The translations under genes and the position numbers were made by a program. A stretch of 63,719 bases of DNA, the filler included, from Chiloscyllium plagiosum (taxonomy: Eukaryota), in the NCBI RefSeq assembly GCF_004010195.1. It is 4 parts of one record of this genome, joined end to end, with 100 filler letters (N's around TTAATTAATTAA, not from the genome) between each part and the next. Parts side by side here need not be neighbours in the genome. Positions count along the whole stretch, not along the records: positions 1 to 17,103 come from NC_057710.1; positions 17,204 to 46,849 come from NC_057710.1; 2 more parts are not named here. One strand, given 5' to 3'. The notes below the pieces were generated by a model, which saw only the letters and a list, made by a program, of their open reading frames with translations, was not told the DNA's origin and did not search any database. Below, piece by piece: positions 12,431-24,500 of this stretch. Within the stretch, counting starts at the first letter, position 1; each line of letters starts with the position of its first letter.

Positions 12431-12559
12431 TAGCTTTTTGATAAATCCAGATGGGCTTTACTTGGGTGAGAGGTATAAGATCTGAAACCCAAATCAAAAG
12501 TTCCTTTTACCTGCTTTGGGTTTTAGTATTTTGGGCTTTAATACAAAACACACAACCCA

Positions 12560-13000
12560 AAATACAGAAATGTCAAAAATAGGAGCATGAGTAAGCCACT
12601 TGGCCCTTCAAACTTGATTCACTATTCAATATGATCATGGCTAAGCATCCAACTCAGTTCCCTGTTCCCGCTTTCATCCCATATCCTTTGATTTCTTTCA
12701 TCCTAAAAACTCTTTCTTGAACACATTCAATGCTTTGGCCTCAACCCCTTTCTGTGGCAGAGAACTCCATAGGTTCATGAGTGAAGAAATTTCTTCTCAT
12801 CTCAATCCTCAGTGGCCTCTCCAGTATCCTTAACTGTAACCTCTGGTTCTGGATTCCCCAGTCATTGAGAACACCTTTCCTACATTTATCCTGTCCAGTC
12901 CTGTTCAAATTTTATACGTTTCGATAAGATCCCCCTCATTCTTCAGTGAATATAGTCCTCATCAATCTCTGTTCATACGTCTGTCCTGCCATCCTAAGAA
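12560..13000 (-). mobile_element. CR1 3' fragment
   Basis: Similar to the reverse complement of 1-441. Confidence 0.75.
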
Positions 13001-13197
13001 TATGGAGTGTGGAATGTGGACCAAACTGCTCGCAAGAGGTAGGTCTGGTGTTCAGAAGGAGGCTAAGTGACTAATTTTAACAGGATTTTCATTTCAACCT
13101 ATATTGGCTGTGTTTCTCAGGGAAGCGGAGCAGGTAACTGAAGGGCTGGATCCATTAGAAAAGTGGTTTAAGTGCTTTAACAGTGCTTCCTCTAAAC

Positions 13198-13500
13198 CAG
13201 TGACTCTCAACTGTTCTTGGCCACGGCACCCCTAGGAGCTCTTCTCAGGTTCCAGGGCCCCCATTTCAAACAGGGATACAACTCGAACAGAAAATAATTT
13301 ATTATTGAACACCAAGAAAATTTGAACATTCCGACATACTGGACAAACTTTTAAAAAAAGACTGTATGAAATTAAATATCAAACAGGCTTAATGCGATCC
13401 TTAAGCTTCGTACTTTTCTGCAAGTTTCATGATATCGGGCTCCAAATTAGGTTTGGCTTGAGTATTTAGTTACTGGGTCCCATAAACCCTTGGGGGCTCC
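13198..13500 (-). mobile_element. hAT-Charlie-like DNA transposon relic
   Basis: TIR-like CAGTGACTCTCAAC at 13198; minus strand 13389-13448 encodes NLEPDIMKLAEKYEA*GSH*, resembling the Charlie transposase C-terminus. Confidence 0.65.
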
Positions 13501-13509
13501 CTATCAAGA

Positions 13510-13675
13510 GGCATCCTGACAGACACATGAATAGGTAGGGAATAGAGGGATACAGTGTAGAGGCAAAAGAGTTTTACTTTGAAAAGGCATCATGCGTCTT
13601 TGCAATCTTGGTGGGTCAAAGGGCCTGTTATGTGCTATACTACTCTTTGTTAAAACTCTTTGTTCTTTGTTCCTT
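13510..13675 (+). mobile_element. CR1 extreme 3' end
   Basis: GGGCCTGTT..GTGCT.TACT motif and (CTTTGTT)n tail. Confidence 0.75.
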
Positions 13676-13827
13676 TTCAGAGTGGAAATGGTCAGTGATT
13701 TCGAAAGGAAACTCTATGAGCACTTAAATGAAGCAAACTTGGAAGACTACAGTGATCTGCAGAGAGCTGACATGGACATAATGGGCCAAATGGCCTCTTT
13801 CCATACCTTAAGTGACTTCACAACACT

Positions 13828-14717
13828 GTCTGGAGTTGACTGACTTTAAAACACTGTCCTGCAGTATGAAGGAGCTCAGGGCAGCCTTAATGGAGTAAAT
13901 GCGGGACCTCTACCTCTCAGGAAAAGCAAGGCCCATCGTCGAGAGCTGCCAGCCAATCAGTTAGGATAGCAGCTGGGTATTGCCAACAGCTGCTGTCAAC
14001 AACTCAGCAGATGCTGTTGCTGAGACTACAGTCACCAGAGAGTGGTCCATGGTGATCAGACAGAGGAAGATCCTGTGTTAGAACAAAGAAAAAAGAACAT
14101 TACACCACAGGAACAGGCCCTTTGACCCTCCAAACCTGCGCCGATCCATATCCTCTATTTAAATTTGCCGCCTATTTTCCAAGGATCTTTATCCCTTTGC
14201 TCCCTGCCCATTCATGTATCTGTCTAGATACATCTTAAATAACGCTGTCATTCCTGCCCCTGCCAGCTCCGCGTCTGGAGTTGACTGACTTTAAAACACT
14301 GTCCTGCAGTATGAAGGAGCTCAGGGCAGCCTTAATGGAATAAATGCGGGACCTCTACCTCTCAGGAAAAGCAAGGCCCATCGTTGAGAGCTGCCAGCCA
14401 ATCAGTTAGGATAGCAGCTGGGTATTGCCAACAGCTGCTGTCAACAATTCAGCAGATGCTGTTGCTGAGACTACAGTCACCAGAGAGTGGTCCATGGTGA
14501 CCAGACAGAGGAAGATCCTGTGTTAGAACAAAGAACAAAGAACATAACACCACAGGAACAGGCCCTTTGACCCTCCAAACCTGCGCCGATCCATATCCTC
14601 TATTTAAATTTGCCGCCTATTTTCCAATGATCTTTATCCCTTTGCTCCCTGCCCATTCATGTATTTGTCTAGATACATCTTAAATAACGCTGTCATTTCT
14701 GCCCCTGCCAGCTCCGC
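13828..14717. repeat. Direct tandem duplication, 445-bp unit x2
   Basis: 13828-14272 vs 14273-14717, about 9 substitutions by eye. Confidence 0.95.
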
Positions 14718-15285
14718 TGGCAATGCATTCCAGGCACCCACCATGCTCTGCGTGAAGAACTTTCCACATATATCTGCCCTAAATGTTTCCCCTCTCACTT
14801 TGAACTCGTGACCCCTTGTAATTGAGAAAATTACTCTGAGGTAAAGTTTCTTGCTATTGACCCTGTCTACACCTCTCATGACTTTGTAGGCCTCAATCAG
14901 CTCCCCTCAACCTCCTTCTTTCCAATGAAAATAATCCTAATCTACTCAATCTCTCTTCATAGCTAGCATCCTCCGTACTAGGCAACATCCTGGTGAACCT
15001 CCTCTGCACCTTCTCCAAAGTATCAACATCCTTTCAGTAATGTGACGACCAGAACTGTACACAGTATTTCAAATGTGGCCAAACCAAAGTCTTATACAAC
15101 TGTAACATGACCTGCCAACTCTTGTACTCAGTATCCCGTCCGATGAAGAAAAGCAAGCCGTACACCTTCTTGACCACTCTACTGACCTGCATTGCCACCT
15201 TCAGGGAACAATGGACCTAAATACCCAGATCTCTCTGTACATCAATTTTTCCCAGACCTTTTCCATTTACCATATAGTTTGCTCA
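14527..15285 (-). mobile_element. CR1 3' fragment
   Basis: ORF 14634-14879 TRGHEFKVRG..FFTQ..WNALP; (CTTTGTT)n tail. Confidence 0.9.
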
Positions 15286-15539
15286 GGTCTTGGATTCAAG
15301 GAGCAGGGGAAGTAGGGGAAGAGTGTGGGTGGCTAGACTTTGGAGCTTTGAGGAGTAGGTGTGGTCAAAAAGTGTGGGTACCATTTTGGGAGGAGCCGAT
15401 GGGCAGAGAGCATCTCTCCCCACAGGAGATACTCCCTCCTTCCTTTTTATTTGAGACGGTTTGGCCTCCTAATTGCAGCCTAGAAAGGACCTCAACAGAC
15501 TTAAGGGTAGGTCGGTATCAGATTCCTTCCCCTTTCAAT

Positions 15540-16700
15540 CTGGAGAGCTAGTTTATGTGATTTATTTGGATTTCCAGAAGGCGTTTGATAAAGTGCTGCA
15601 CAGGGGGCTGCAAAATGAGATAAAGCCTGGGATGTTAGGGATAATGTACCCAGCATTGAAAGAGAATTGGCTGACTGGCAGAAGGCACACAGTGGAGATA
15701 AAGGGATCTTTTTCAGGATGACCAGTGGGTAGTGGAGTTCCGCAGGGGTTAGTGTTGGGACCACAATGTTATACAATAATGTTATACAAAAATTCATCAT
15801 GACTTTGTAGGCCTCAATTAGCTTCCCTCAACCTCCTTCTTTCCAATGAAAATAATCCTAATCTACTCAACCTCTCTTCATAGCTAGGATCCTCCGTACT
15901 AGGCAACATCCTGGTGAACCTCCTCTGGACCTTCTCCAAAGTATCAACATCCTTTCAGTAATGTGGCGACCAGAACTGTACGCAGTATTTCAAATGATGA
16001 AGGAACTGATGGCATTGATGCTAAGTTTGAGATGACACAAAGGTATGTGGAGAGACAGGTAGTGTTAAGGAAATGAGGAGGCTCTAAAAGGACATGGACA
16101 GGCTAGGAGAGTGGGCAAAGAGGTAGCAGATGAAATACAGTATGGGAAAGTATGGGTTTATGCACTTTGGAAGGAAGAATAGAGGTGCAGGCTATTTTCT
16201 ATATGGGGAAAGGCTTCAGCAATTTGATGCATAATGGGACTTCAGAATCTTGGTTCAGGATTCTCTCAGGTTTAATATGTGGGTTCAGTTGGCAGTTAGG
16301 AAGACAAATGAAATGTTTGCATTCATTTCAAGAGGGCTAGAATAGAAAAGCAGAGATGTACCACTGAGGCTCTGGACAGACCACATTTGGAATAATGTGA
16401 GCAGTTAGGGGCCTCATATCGAAGGAAAGATGTGCTGACATTGGAGGGAATCCAGAGAAGATTTACAAGAATAATCCCAGGGATGAAGGGTTTGTAACAT
16501 AAGGAGCAGTTGAGGACTCTGTGTCTGTACTCAATGGAATGTATTTAGGACACAGACAGATTTCTTTTGAGTAGTAAGGGGATCAAGGGTTCTGAGGAAA
16601 AGGCAGGAGAATACAATTGAGAAACAAATCAGATTTACTTGAATGATGGAACAGAATCAATGGGCTGAAATACCTAATTCTGCTTCTACATGTTATGTTC
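15540..16700 (+). mobile_element. Degenerate CR1 RT to 3' end with an inserted 200-bp local copy (15797-15996)
   Basis: [11 protein letters not shown] in ORF 15473-15721; RT continues after 15996. Confidence 0.85.
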
Positions 16701-16797
16701 TTATAAACTGATACTGAGAGGGACACCTCAAAGGTTTGGGAAGCTACCCATCCTACCCTCAAATACATCGGCTCAGACAGAGACTAAAACTCTCCAC

Positions 16798-17103
16798 AAT
16801 GCGAGCATAAGAGATACAGTTAATAAGTTTACAGATGACACCAAAATTGGAGGTGTAGTGGACAGCGAAGAGGGTTGCCTCGGATTACAACAGGATCTTG
16901 ACCAGATGGGCGAATGGGCTGAGAAGTGGCAGATGGAGTTTAATTCAGATAAATGCAAGGTGCTGCATTTTGGGAAAGCAAATCTTAGCAGGACTTATAC
17001 ACTTAATGGTAAGGTCCTAGGGAGTGTTGCTGAACAAAGAGACCTTGGAGTGCAGGTTCATAGCTCCTTGAAAGTGGAGTCGCAGGTAGATAGGATAGTG
17101 AAG
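16798..17103 (+). mobile_element. CR1 RT fragment
   Basis: KFTDDTKIGG..WQMEFNSDKC. Confidence 0.92.
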
Positions 17104-17203
17104 NNNNNNNNNNNNNNNNNNNNNNNNNNNNNNNNNNNNNNNNNNNNTTAATTAATTAANNNNNNNNNNNNNNNNNNNNNNNNNNNNNNNNNNNNNNNNN
17201 NNN
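17104..17203. other. Artificial scaffold spacer N44-TTAATTAATTAA-N44
   Basis: Identical 100-bp construct recurs at 46850-46949 and 56089-56188. Confidence 0.95.
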
Positions 17204-17578
17204 AGACAGAGAACACAGGGGGCCAACATCTTCAACATATTGTCTAGCTATCACCATTGTTAACAGCTAACCCGAGAATGCAACTTCAAAAAAAGTTTTT
17301 GTGATTTACACATGAAAGAAGTGAAACTACCATTGTATTCTAACAGATGAAAGGCTTAACAGACAATCAATTTTTCAATGTATAATTTCAGTTACATCAC
17401 ACTGTAAATTTTTGCTATAAATTCTGTGTTACGATCGAGCCCTCCACTATCACCTGATGAAGGAGCGTTGCTCCGAAAGCTAGTGTGCTTCCAATTAAAC
17501 CTGTTGGACTATAACCTGGTGCTGTGTGATTTTTAACTTTGTACACCCCATTCCAACACTGGCATCTCAAAATCATGA
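17204..17578 (+). mobile_element. Probable Penelope-like 3' terminus, second family
   Basis: Contains an intact hammerhead followed by ATTAAA; PLE assignment inferred from the ribozyme architecture, as no ORF is visible. Confidence 0.65.
17451..17485 (+). ncRNA. Intact minimal type-I hammerhead ribozyme
   Basis: CAC-CUGAUGA-A-GGAGC-GUU-GCUCC-GAAA-GCU-A-GUG: stem I CAC/GUG, 5-bp stem II, palindromic AGCU stem III, CUA triplet. Confidence 0.88.
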
Positions 17579-17579
17579 C

Positions 17580-17955
17580 TTTTATCCTTCTAAATTTCAG
17601 TAGATACAGGCCAAACCTATTCAACCTCTACTCATCAGAAAATCCTTCCATACTTGGTGACAGTACAGTGAATTGCTTCCAATGCCAATATATTTTTTCT
17701 TCAATGAGGAGCCCAAAACAGTACACTGTATTTCACAGTTGAACTAGTGACTTGTATAGTTTCAGCAACACTTCCTTATTTTTATAGGCCATGCCCTTAG
17801 AAATAAGGACTAGCCTTCCAACTGCCTTCTCTATGACTTGCTGAGCTTTGATGCTGATTTCCAAGCCTTCTCTTCCATAGCTATTAGCAGTCTTTTTCCA
17901 TGTAAATAATATTCAGCTCCTCTATTTCTCCTGCCAAATTGCATAACCTTACATA
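17580..17955 (-). mobile_element. Old CR1 fragment
   Basis: LNRFGLYLLKFRRI motif. Confidence 0.7.
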
Positions 17956-17979
17956 TGAGAGATTTGGGAAGTGATTTCT

Positions 17980-18770
17980 TTTTAATTTACCCATGGGATG
18001 TGAGTATCACTAGCTGGCCAGCACTTATTTCCCAACTCTCTTTGCCCTTGGAAAGGTGAATGGTGAACTACCTTTGTAAACTGCTGCAGTCCATGTGCTG
18101 TAGGTAGACAGAGAGGATTAGGGAGGGAATTCCAGGATTTTGACCCAGCGATAGTTAAGGAACGGTAATATATTTTCAAGTCAGGATGGGTGAGTGGCTT
18201 GGAGGGGAACTTGCAGGTGGTGATGTTCCCACATATTTGCTGTCCTTGTCCTTCTAGATGGAAGCAGTTGTGGTTTGGAAGGTGCTGTCTGGGGATCTTT
18301 GGTGAATTTTTGTAATGCCTCTTGTAGATAGTACACACTGCTACTACTGACCGTTGGAGGTGGAGGGAATGGATGCTGGTGGATCTGGTACCAATCGAAT
18401 GGGCTGCTTTGGCTAGATGGTGTCAAGCTTTTTGTGTATTTGGATGTGCCCATCAAGGCAAGTAGGGAGCATTCCTTCACACTCTTGACTTGTGCCTTAT
18501 AAATTGTGGAAACTCTGGGGAGTCAGGAGGTGAGTTACTCTCCACAGTGTTCCTTGCCTCTGACCTGCTCTTGTAGCTATTGTGTTTATGTGATGAATCG
18601 AGTTCAATTTCCGGTCAATGGTAAACCCCATCCTCTCTCAGTATGTTGACAGACTGGATTCACTGATGGTAACACCATTGAACGTCAAGGCATATTGGTT
18701 AGATTGTCTCTTTTTGGAGATGATCATTGCTTGGCATTTGTGTGGCACAAATGTTACTTGCTACCTGTCC
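17980..18770 (-). mobile_element. LINE family B 3' part
   Basis: CTIYK.H..NSP, AGSKSWNSLP and F.K..HHH motifs; family tail. Confidence 0.85.
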
Positions 18771-18859
18771 TTTGGCACCTCCTCTGTGGTCAGGAGAGAA
18801 TTAAAATATTAACTCTGATTTCTCTTCACCAATGCTGCCAGACCTGCTGAACTTTACCA

Positions 18860-19640
18860 ATATCCCCCGTCTCCATGCAGATTTGCCCCCTGGGTCCTTA
18901 ATGGGCCTTACTCTTTCCCTGGTTATCCTCGTCACCTTCATATATTTTGTAGAATATTTTGGGATTCTCCCTAATCCTACCTGCCAGTGTTTTTTCATAC
19001 CCCCCCCCCCACCCCTAACCCACTTTGCTTTCCTAATTGCTTTCTTAAGATACTCCCTGCACTTTCTATACTCTATTGGGGCCTCCGTTGATTTTTCTCC
19101 CTTTGTACCTGATAAAAAGAGCTTCCTTTTCCTTCTTCGCCAATCCTGAATATTCCTAAACCTGCGAGGTTCTCTGGGCAGCTACATTTCACCCTGTAAT
19201 TTCCCCATTCCTTTTTGAATGCCAGCCAACCCTCCCAATTGTTCAGCAGTAGATTTATCCAGAAGCTACTGTTCCCAGTCTACTTTAGTCAAATTCTGTC
19301 TTATTTTGATATAATTGGTCTTCCTCCAATCCAAAACCGAATTTGGCAGATCATCTTTTTCCTTTTCTATCACAAAGTATGATGTTGTGGTTGCTATCAC
19401 TAAAATGTTCTATCATTGCCACCTGTCCAGCTTCATTCCCCAGAATTGTGTCCAGCACTGCAATGTCCTTTCCTGGACCTTTTACTTTTTGATACAAAAA
19501 GCTCTCCCAAATACATTTCAAGGAATGCACCCTGTCTGAACCCTTTACACTGTGACTGTCGCAACTTATGTTGGGAATTCACTATTATCATTTTTACACA
19601 TCTCAGTGAATTGTCTGTATATCTGCTTTTGTCCATGGAG
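18860..19640 (-). mobile_element. Old CR1 ORF2 endonuclease/linker relic
   Basis: RITRERVRPIKDPGG similar to 45520-45732. Confidence 0.7.
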
Positions 19641-19779
19641 AACAGCAGTAGATATTTTCCAATTTTTAGAGATGTAATTAGACACCTCCAGAGTAGGTGA
19701 GACGAAGCTCTCAGAAACTTCCTCTCTAAGTCACGTATCACCTTGACTTTAGGTTAGATTGCTATTTCTTTATTGGTCA

Positions 19780-19910
19780 GGTGAAAATGAGGACTGCAGA
19801 TGCTGGAGATTAGAGTCAAGAGTCTGGTGCTGGAAAAGCACAGCAGGTCAGGCAGCATCCAAGGAGCAGGAGAATCAACGTTTCAGGCAAAAGTCCTTTA
19901 TCAGGAATGT
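19780..19910 (-). mobile_element. Penelope pLTR fragment with decayed hammerhead
   Basis: Minus strand CTGATAAAGGACTTTTGCCTGAAACGTT. Confidence 0.8.
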
Positions 19911-20024
19911 TTGTTGGTGTTTGGGAATGAAGCAAATCACTTGTTAACAGGATGCTGTATATTTATACCATGTGCACTGTTGTTTAAGAAGGCAGCTCAC
20001 CATCACCTCCTCAAAGACAATTTC

Positions 20025-21380
20025 TTTCTCTTCACTCATGGGATATAGGCATTGCTGTCTGGGCCAACATTTATTGCTCATCCCTAGTTGCTCTTGAGAA
20101 TGTGGTTGTGAGCTGCCTTCTTGAACCACTGCACTCTATGCAGATTGTCCAGGAAGGGGAGGAATTCCAGGATTTTGATCCAGCAATACAGAAGGAATGG
20201 TGATATATTTCCAAGTCATGATGGTAAGTAACTTGGAAAGAACTTGCAGGAAGTGCTCTTCCCTTTCTAGGTGGCAATGTTTGTGGGCTTTGAAAGTGCT
20301 GTCATAAGATTTTTTTGTGTATTTCTGCAGAGTATCTTATAGATAGTATACACTGCTGCTACTGAGCATCAGTGTTGGAGTACTGAATGTTTGTGGATGT
20401 TGTGTGCCAGTTGAGCAGGCTGCTTTGTCCTGGATGGTGTCAAGCTTCTTGAGTATTATCGTATCTGCAACCAACCAGACAAGTAGGAAGCATTCAATTG
20501 CTCTCCTGACTTGTACCTTGTAGATCTTGGGGAGTCAGTAGATGTGTTCCTCACTACAGTATTTCTAACATCCGACCTTCTCATGGAGCCACTGATATTT
20601 ATACAGAGAGTCCAGTTTAGTTTCCAGTCAATTTTGACTCTCAGGGTGTTGAAAATGGATTCAGTGACAGTAACACCACTGAATGCCAAGAGACAGTAGT
20701 TTTATTTCTTTATTCATTAATGGGATGAGGGCATCAGTGCATCAGCCACATTTATTGCCCATCCCTAATTGCCAGAGGGCAGTTAAGAGTCAACCACATT
20801 GCAGTGGTTCTGGAGTTACATGTAGGCTAGACCAGGGGTAAGGATGGCAGTTTCCATCCCGAAAGGACATTACTGAATCAAATGGGTTTTTCCAACAATT
20901 GACAATAGTTTCATGGTCATCATTAGATTTTTTTTAAAAACTGAATACTAATTCCACCATCTGCCTTGGCGGGATTCAAACCCGAGTCCCCAGAACATTA
21001 TCTGGGTCTCTGGATTAATGAATAATTAATAATAATTAATTAATTAATACCACTAAGCCATCACCTGCCCCCAATTAGAATGTGTCTTATTGAAGATGGT
21101 CATTGCCTGGCATTTGTGGCAAATGATTCTTGGCACTTGTCAGTCTAAGCCTGGATATTGTCCAGATCTTGCTGCATTTAGACATGGACTGATTCAGTAT
21201 CTCAGGAGTCCCAAATGGTGTTGAACATTATGCAATCATCAGTGGACATCTCTGCTTCTGACCATATGACAGAGGAAAGGTCATTGATGAAGCAGCTGAA
21301 AATGGTTGGGCCTAGGACACTAGCCTGAGGAACTCCTGCAGAGATGTCCTGAAGCTGAGATGACTGATCTCCAACAACAG
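20025..21380 (-). mobile_element. LINE family B RT-3' end interrupted by a Deu-like SINE
   Basis: Similarity to 57.6-59.0 kb on both sides of the SINE. Confidence 0.8.
20700..21072 (-). mobile_element. Deu-domain (SacSINE1-like) tRNA-derived SINE
   Basis: Minus strand has A-box TGGCTTAGTGG, B-box GGTTTGAATCC, a central domain and a family-B-type tail GGGATGGGCAATAAATG. Confidence 0.75.
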
Positions 21381-21589
21381 AATGAATGAGAGGCAGAACT
21401 AGACAATACCACGTGACATCCTTTCACTCGGCGCAAGAGTCCCTGCGACCAAGTTCATGATGTGTGGATAGAGAGGACATGGATAAGGGTGTCACTGGCT
21501 ATGCCAGCATTTATTACCCATCCCTAATTGCCCAGACAGCAGTTAAGAGTCAACCACATTGCTGTGGGCCTGGAGTCGCATGTAGGCCA

Positions 21590-24500
21590 GACTAGCAGGA
21601 AGACCAGGAGCTCTAACCAAGAAGGACTCTCATGTGTTGTTAAGGTAAGACTTTTCAATTTATATTTCTTATGTATCATATGATTGATTAAAAGTTTAAT
21701 TGGTTAATTGAATAAGACTATAGTAGAGAAGTACTAGAAATTATTTAATATATAAATTGTAAAAGTTAATTAAATAAGTAGTTATGGCTGATGTGCTGTC
21801 GCTGTATGATGTGGGAGCTGGCTGATCCCATTGTGAACGGCAGTGACCATATCTGCAGAAAGAGTTGGTTGCTGGAAGAACTCCGGATCAGAATTGATAA
21901 TCTGGAATCTGAACTTCAAACACTGCGGCACATCCGGGAGGGGGTGAGCCACCTGGATACTTTGTTTCAGGACGCAGTCACACCCGGGAGATTAAGTAAT
22001 TCAAATTCAGTTCGTGATCAGGAACAACAGGATGTGACTGTATGTGAGGCAGGTAGGGGAATTCTGAGTTCAGAAGTGGAGGAGCCTTAGCCCTTGATCT
22101 TGTCCAACAGGTATGAGATTATTCATCCCTGTATGGATGAGGAAAAGGGTTGTGGACAGGATGAGCCAGCTGACCATGGCACCATGGTGCAGAAGATCAT
22201 TCAAGAGGGGGGAAGCAAAAAGACAAGATGTTATAGGGGCTTCTATAATTAGGGGGACAGATAGTATTCTTTGCTAGCTGGATCGTGAGTCCTGCATAGT
22301 GTGTTGCCTGTCCGGTGCCGGGGTGCAGGACATCTCCGACTGGCTTGAAAGGATTTTGGAGCAGGAGGGGAAGGATCCTATTGTTGTGGTCCATGTTGGG
22401 ACTAATAACATAGGCAAGGCTAGGCTCGCAGATCTGTTTGGGGATTATCAAGCATTAGGAAGGAAATTGAAGTACAGGTCCTCAAGGATTATAATCTCTG
22501 GATTACTGCCCGAGTCACGTGTCAAACGGCATAGGGTTAAGAAAATTAGGGAAGTAAACACATGGCTCAGTGTGTTTACACATGGCTTAGTGTGGGAAAG
22601 AGGGATTCCATTTCATGGCGCATTGGCAACAGTTTTGGAACCGGAAGGATCTGTGCTGTTGGGACAGTCTCCACCTGAACCGATTTGGAACCGATGTTCT
22701 GGTGAAAAGGATAAATAGGATGGTCTGTAGGACTTTAAACTTGTGAGCTGGGGGGGAAGGGTAAGGGAAAGCAACAGGGAGCATGGAGTTAAGTAGAAAG
22801 ATAAACAGCAGGAGAGCATGTGTGCAGGGTTTAAATTTGAGGCAGAATAGGAATGCAGCAAAAAGGAAGGATAACTTAGGACATCTTACGATTTCCAATA
22901 TCTCTAATAATGGTAAGAAAGTTAGCATTAAGGCACTTTACCTGAATACTCATAGTAATTGTAATAAAGTAGATGAATCAACAGCACAAATCATCATGAA
23001 TGATTATGCTGTGGTAGGCATCACAGAGACATGGTTACAGGGGGGTCAGGACTGGCAGTTAAACCTCCAAGGATTGACAACTTATTGAAAAGACAGGGAG
23101 GTGGGCAGATAGGGCGGGGTTGCCTTGTTAGTTAAGAATGAAATTAAATCTATGGTACTGAATGACATAGGGTCAGATGACATGGAGTCTGTGTGGGTGG
23201 AGTTGAGGAACCATAAAGGCAAAAAAACCATAATGGGAGTTATGCACAGACCTCTCAGCGTGGTCAGGACCAGGGGCGCAAGAGGTACCAGGAAATAGAT
23301 ACGGCATGTCAGAAAGGCAAAGTCACGGTGATCATGGGGGCACTTCAATATGCAGGTGGACCGGGTGAATAATGTTGCCAGTGGATCCAAAGAAAGGGAA
23401 TTCATGAATGCTTACAGAATGGCTTTTTGGAACAGCTTGTGATGGAGCGGACAAGGGAGCAGGCTATTCTAGACTTAGTGCTATGTAATGAACCAGATTT
23501 TATAAAAAATCTTAAAGTAAGGGAACACTTAGGAGGCAGCAATCATAATATTGTAGAGTTCAGTCTGCCGTTTGAGAGAGAGAAGGCAAAATTGGATATA
23601 ATGGTGTTACAGTTAAATAAAGGTAATTTCAGGTGCACAAGAGAGGAACTGATGAAAATTGATTGGAAGCAGAGCCTAGCAGGGAGGACAGCAGAACAAT
23701 AATGGCAGGAGTTTCTGGGTGTAATTGAGGACACAGTACAGAGGTTCATCCCAAAGAAAAGAAAGATTATCTGGGGATGGGGGCGAGGAATTAGACAGCA
23801 ATGGCTGACAAAGGAAGATATGAAGGTAGGCTCCCCAGTAATATTAGAAATTACAGTAAAAGTCTCTTTCAGTACATAAGAAACAAACGAGAGGCAAAAT
23901 TAGAAATTGGGCTGCTCCAAATAGATGCTAGAAAGCTAGTGATGAGAGATAAGGAAATAACTGAAGAACTTAATAAATACTTTGCATCAGTTTTCATAGT
24001 GGAAGACATGAATAATATCCCAACAATTAAGGAGAGTTGGGGGCAGAGTTGAGGGGGGTAGCCATTACAAAAGAGAAAGTGCTAGAAAAGCCAGAAGGTC
24101 TAAAAGTTGATAAATCTCCCGGCCCCGATGGGCTACATCCTAGAGAACTGAGGGAGGTGGCTTATGAAATAGCGGAGGCATTGATTGTGATCTTTCAAAA
24201 GTCACTGGAGTCAGGGAAAGTCCCAGATGATTGGAAAATTTCTGTTGTAACCACCTTGTTCAAGATAGGTTCAAAACAAATGATGGAAAATTATACGCCG
24301 GTTAGCCTAACCTTGGTTTAGACTCCCTACAGTGTGGAAACAGGCTCTTCGGCCCAACAAGTCCACACTGACCCTCTGAAGAGTAACCCACCCAGACCCA
24401 TTCCCCTCTGACTAATGCACCTAACACTATGGGCAATTTAGCATAGCCAATTCACCTGACTTGCACTTCTTTGGACTGTGGGAGGAAATCGGAGCACCTG

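Noticed and set aside
17104..17203. TTAATTAATTAA palindromes centred in N runs (also 46894-46905 and 56133-56144)
   Set aside because: Identical N44-12mer-N44 construct with stops in all six frames: a scaffolding spacer, not biology. Adjacency across these gaps is uncertain.
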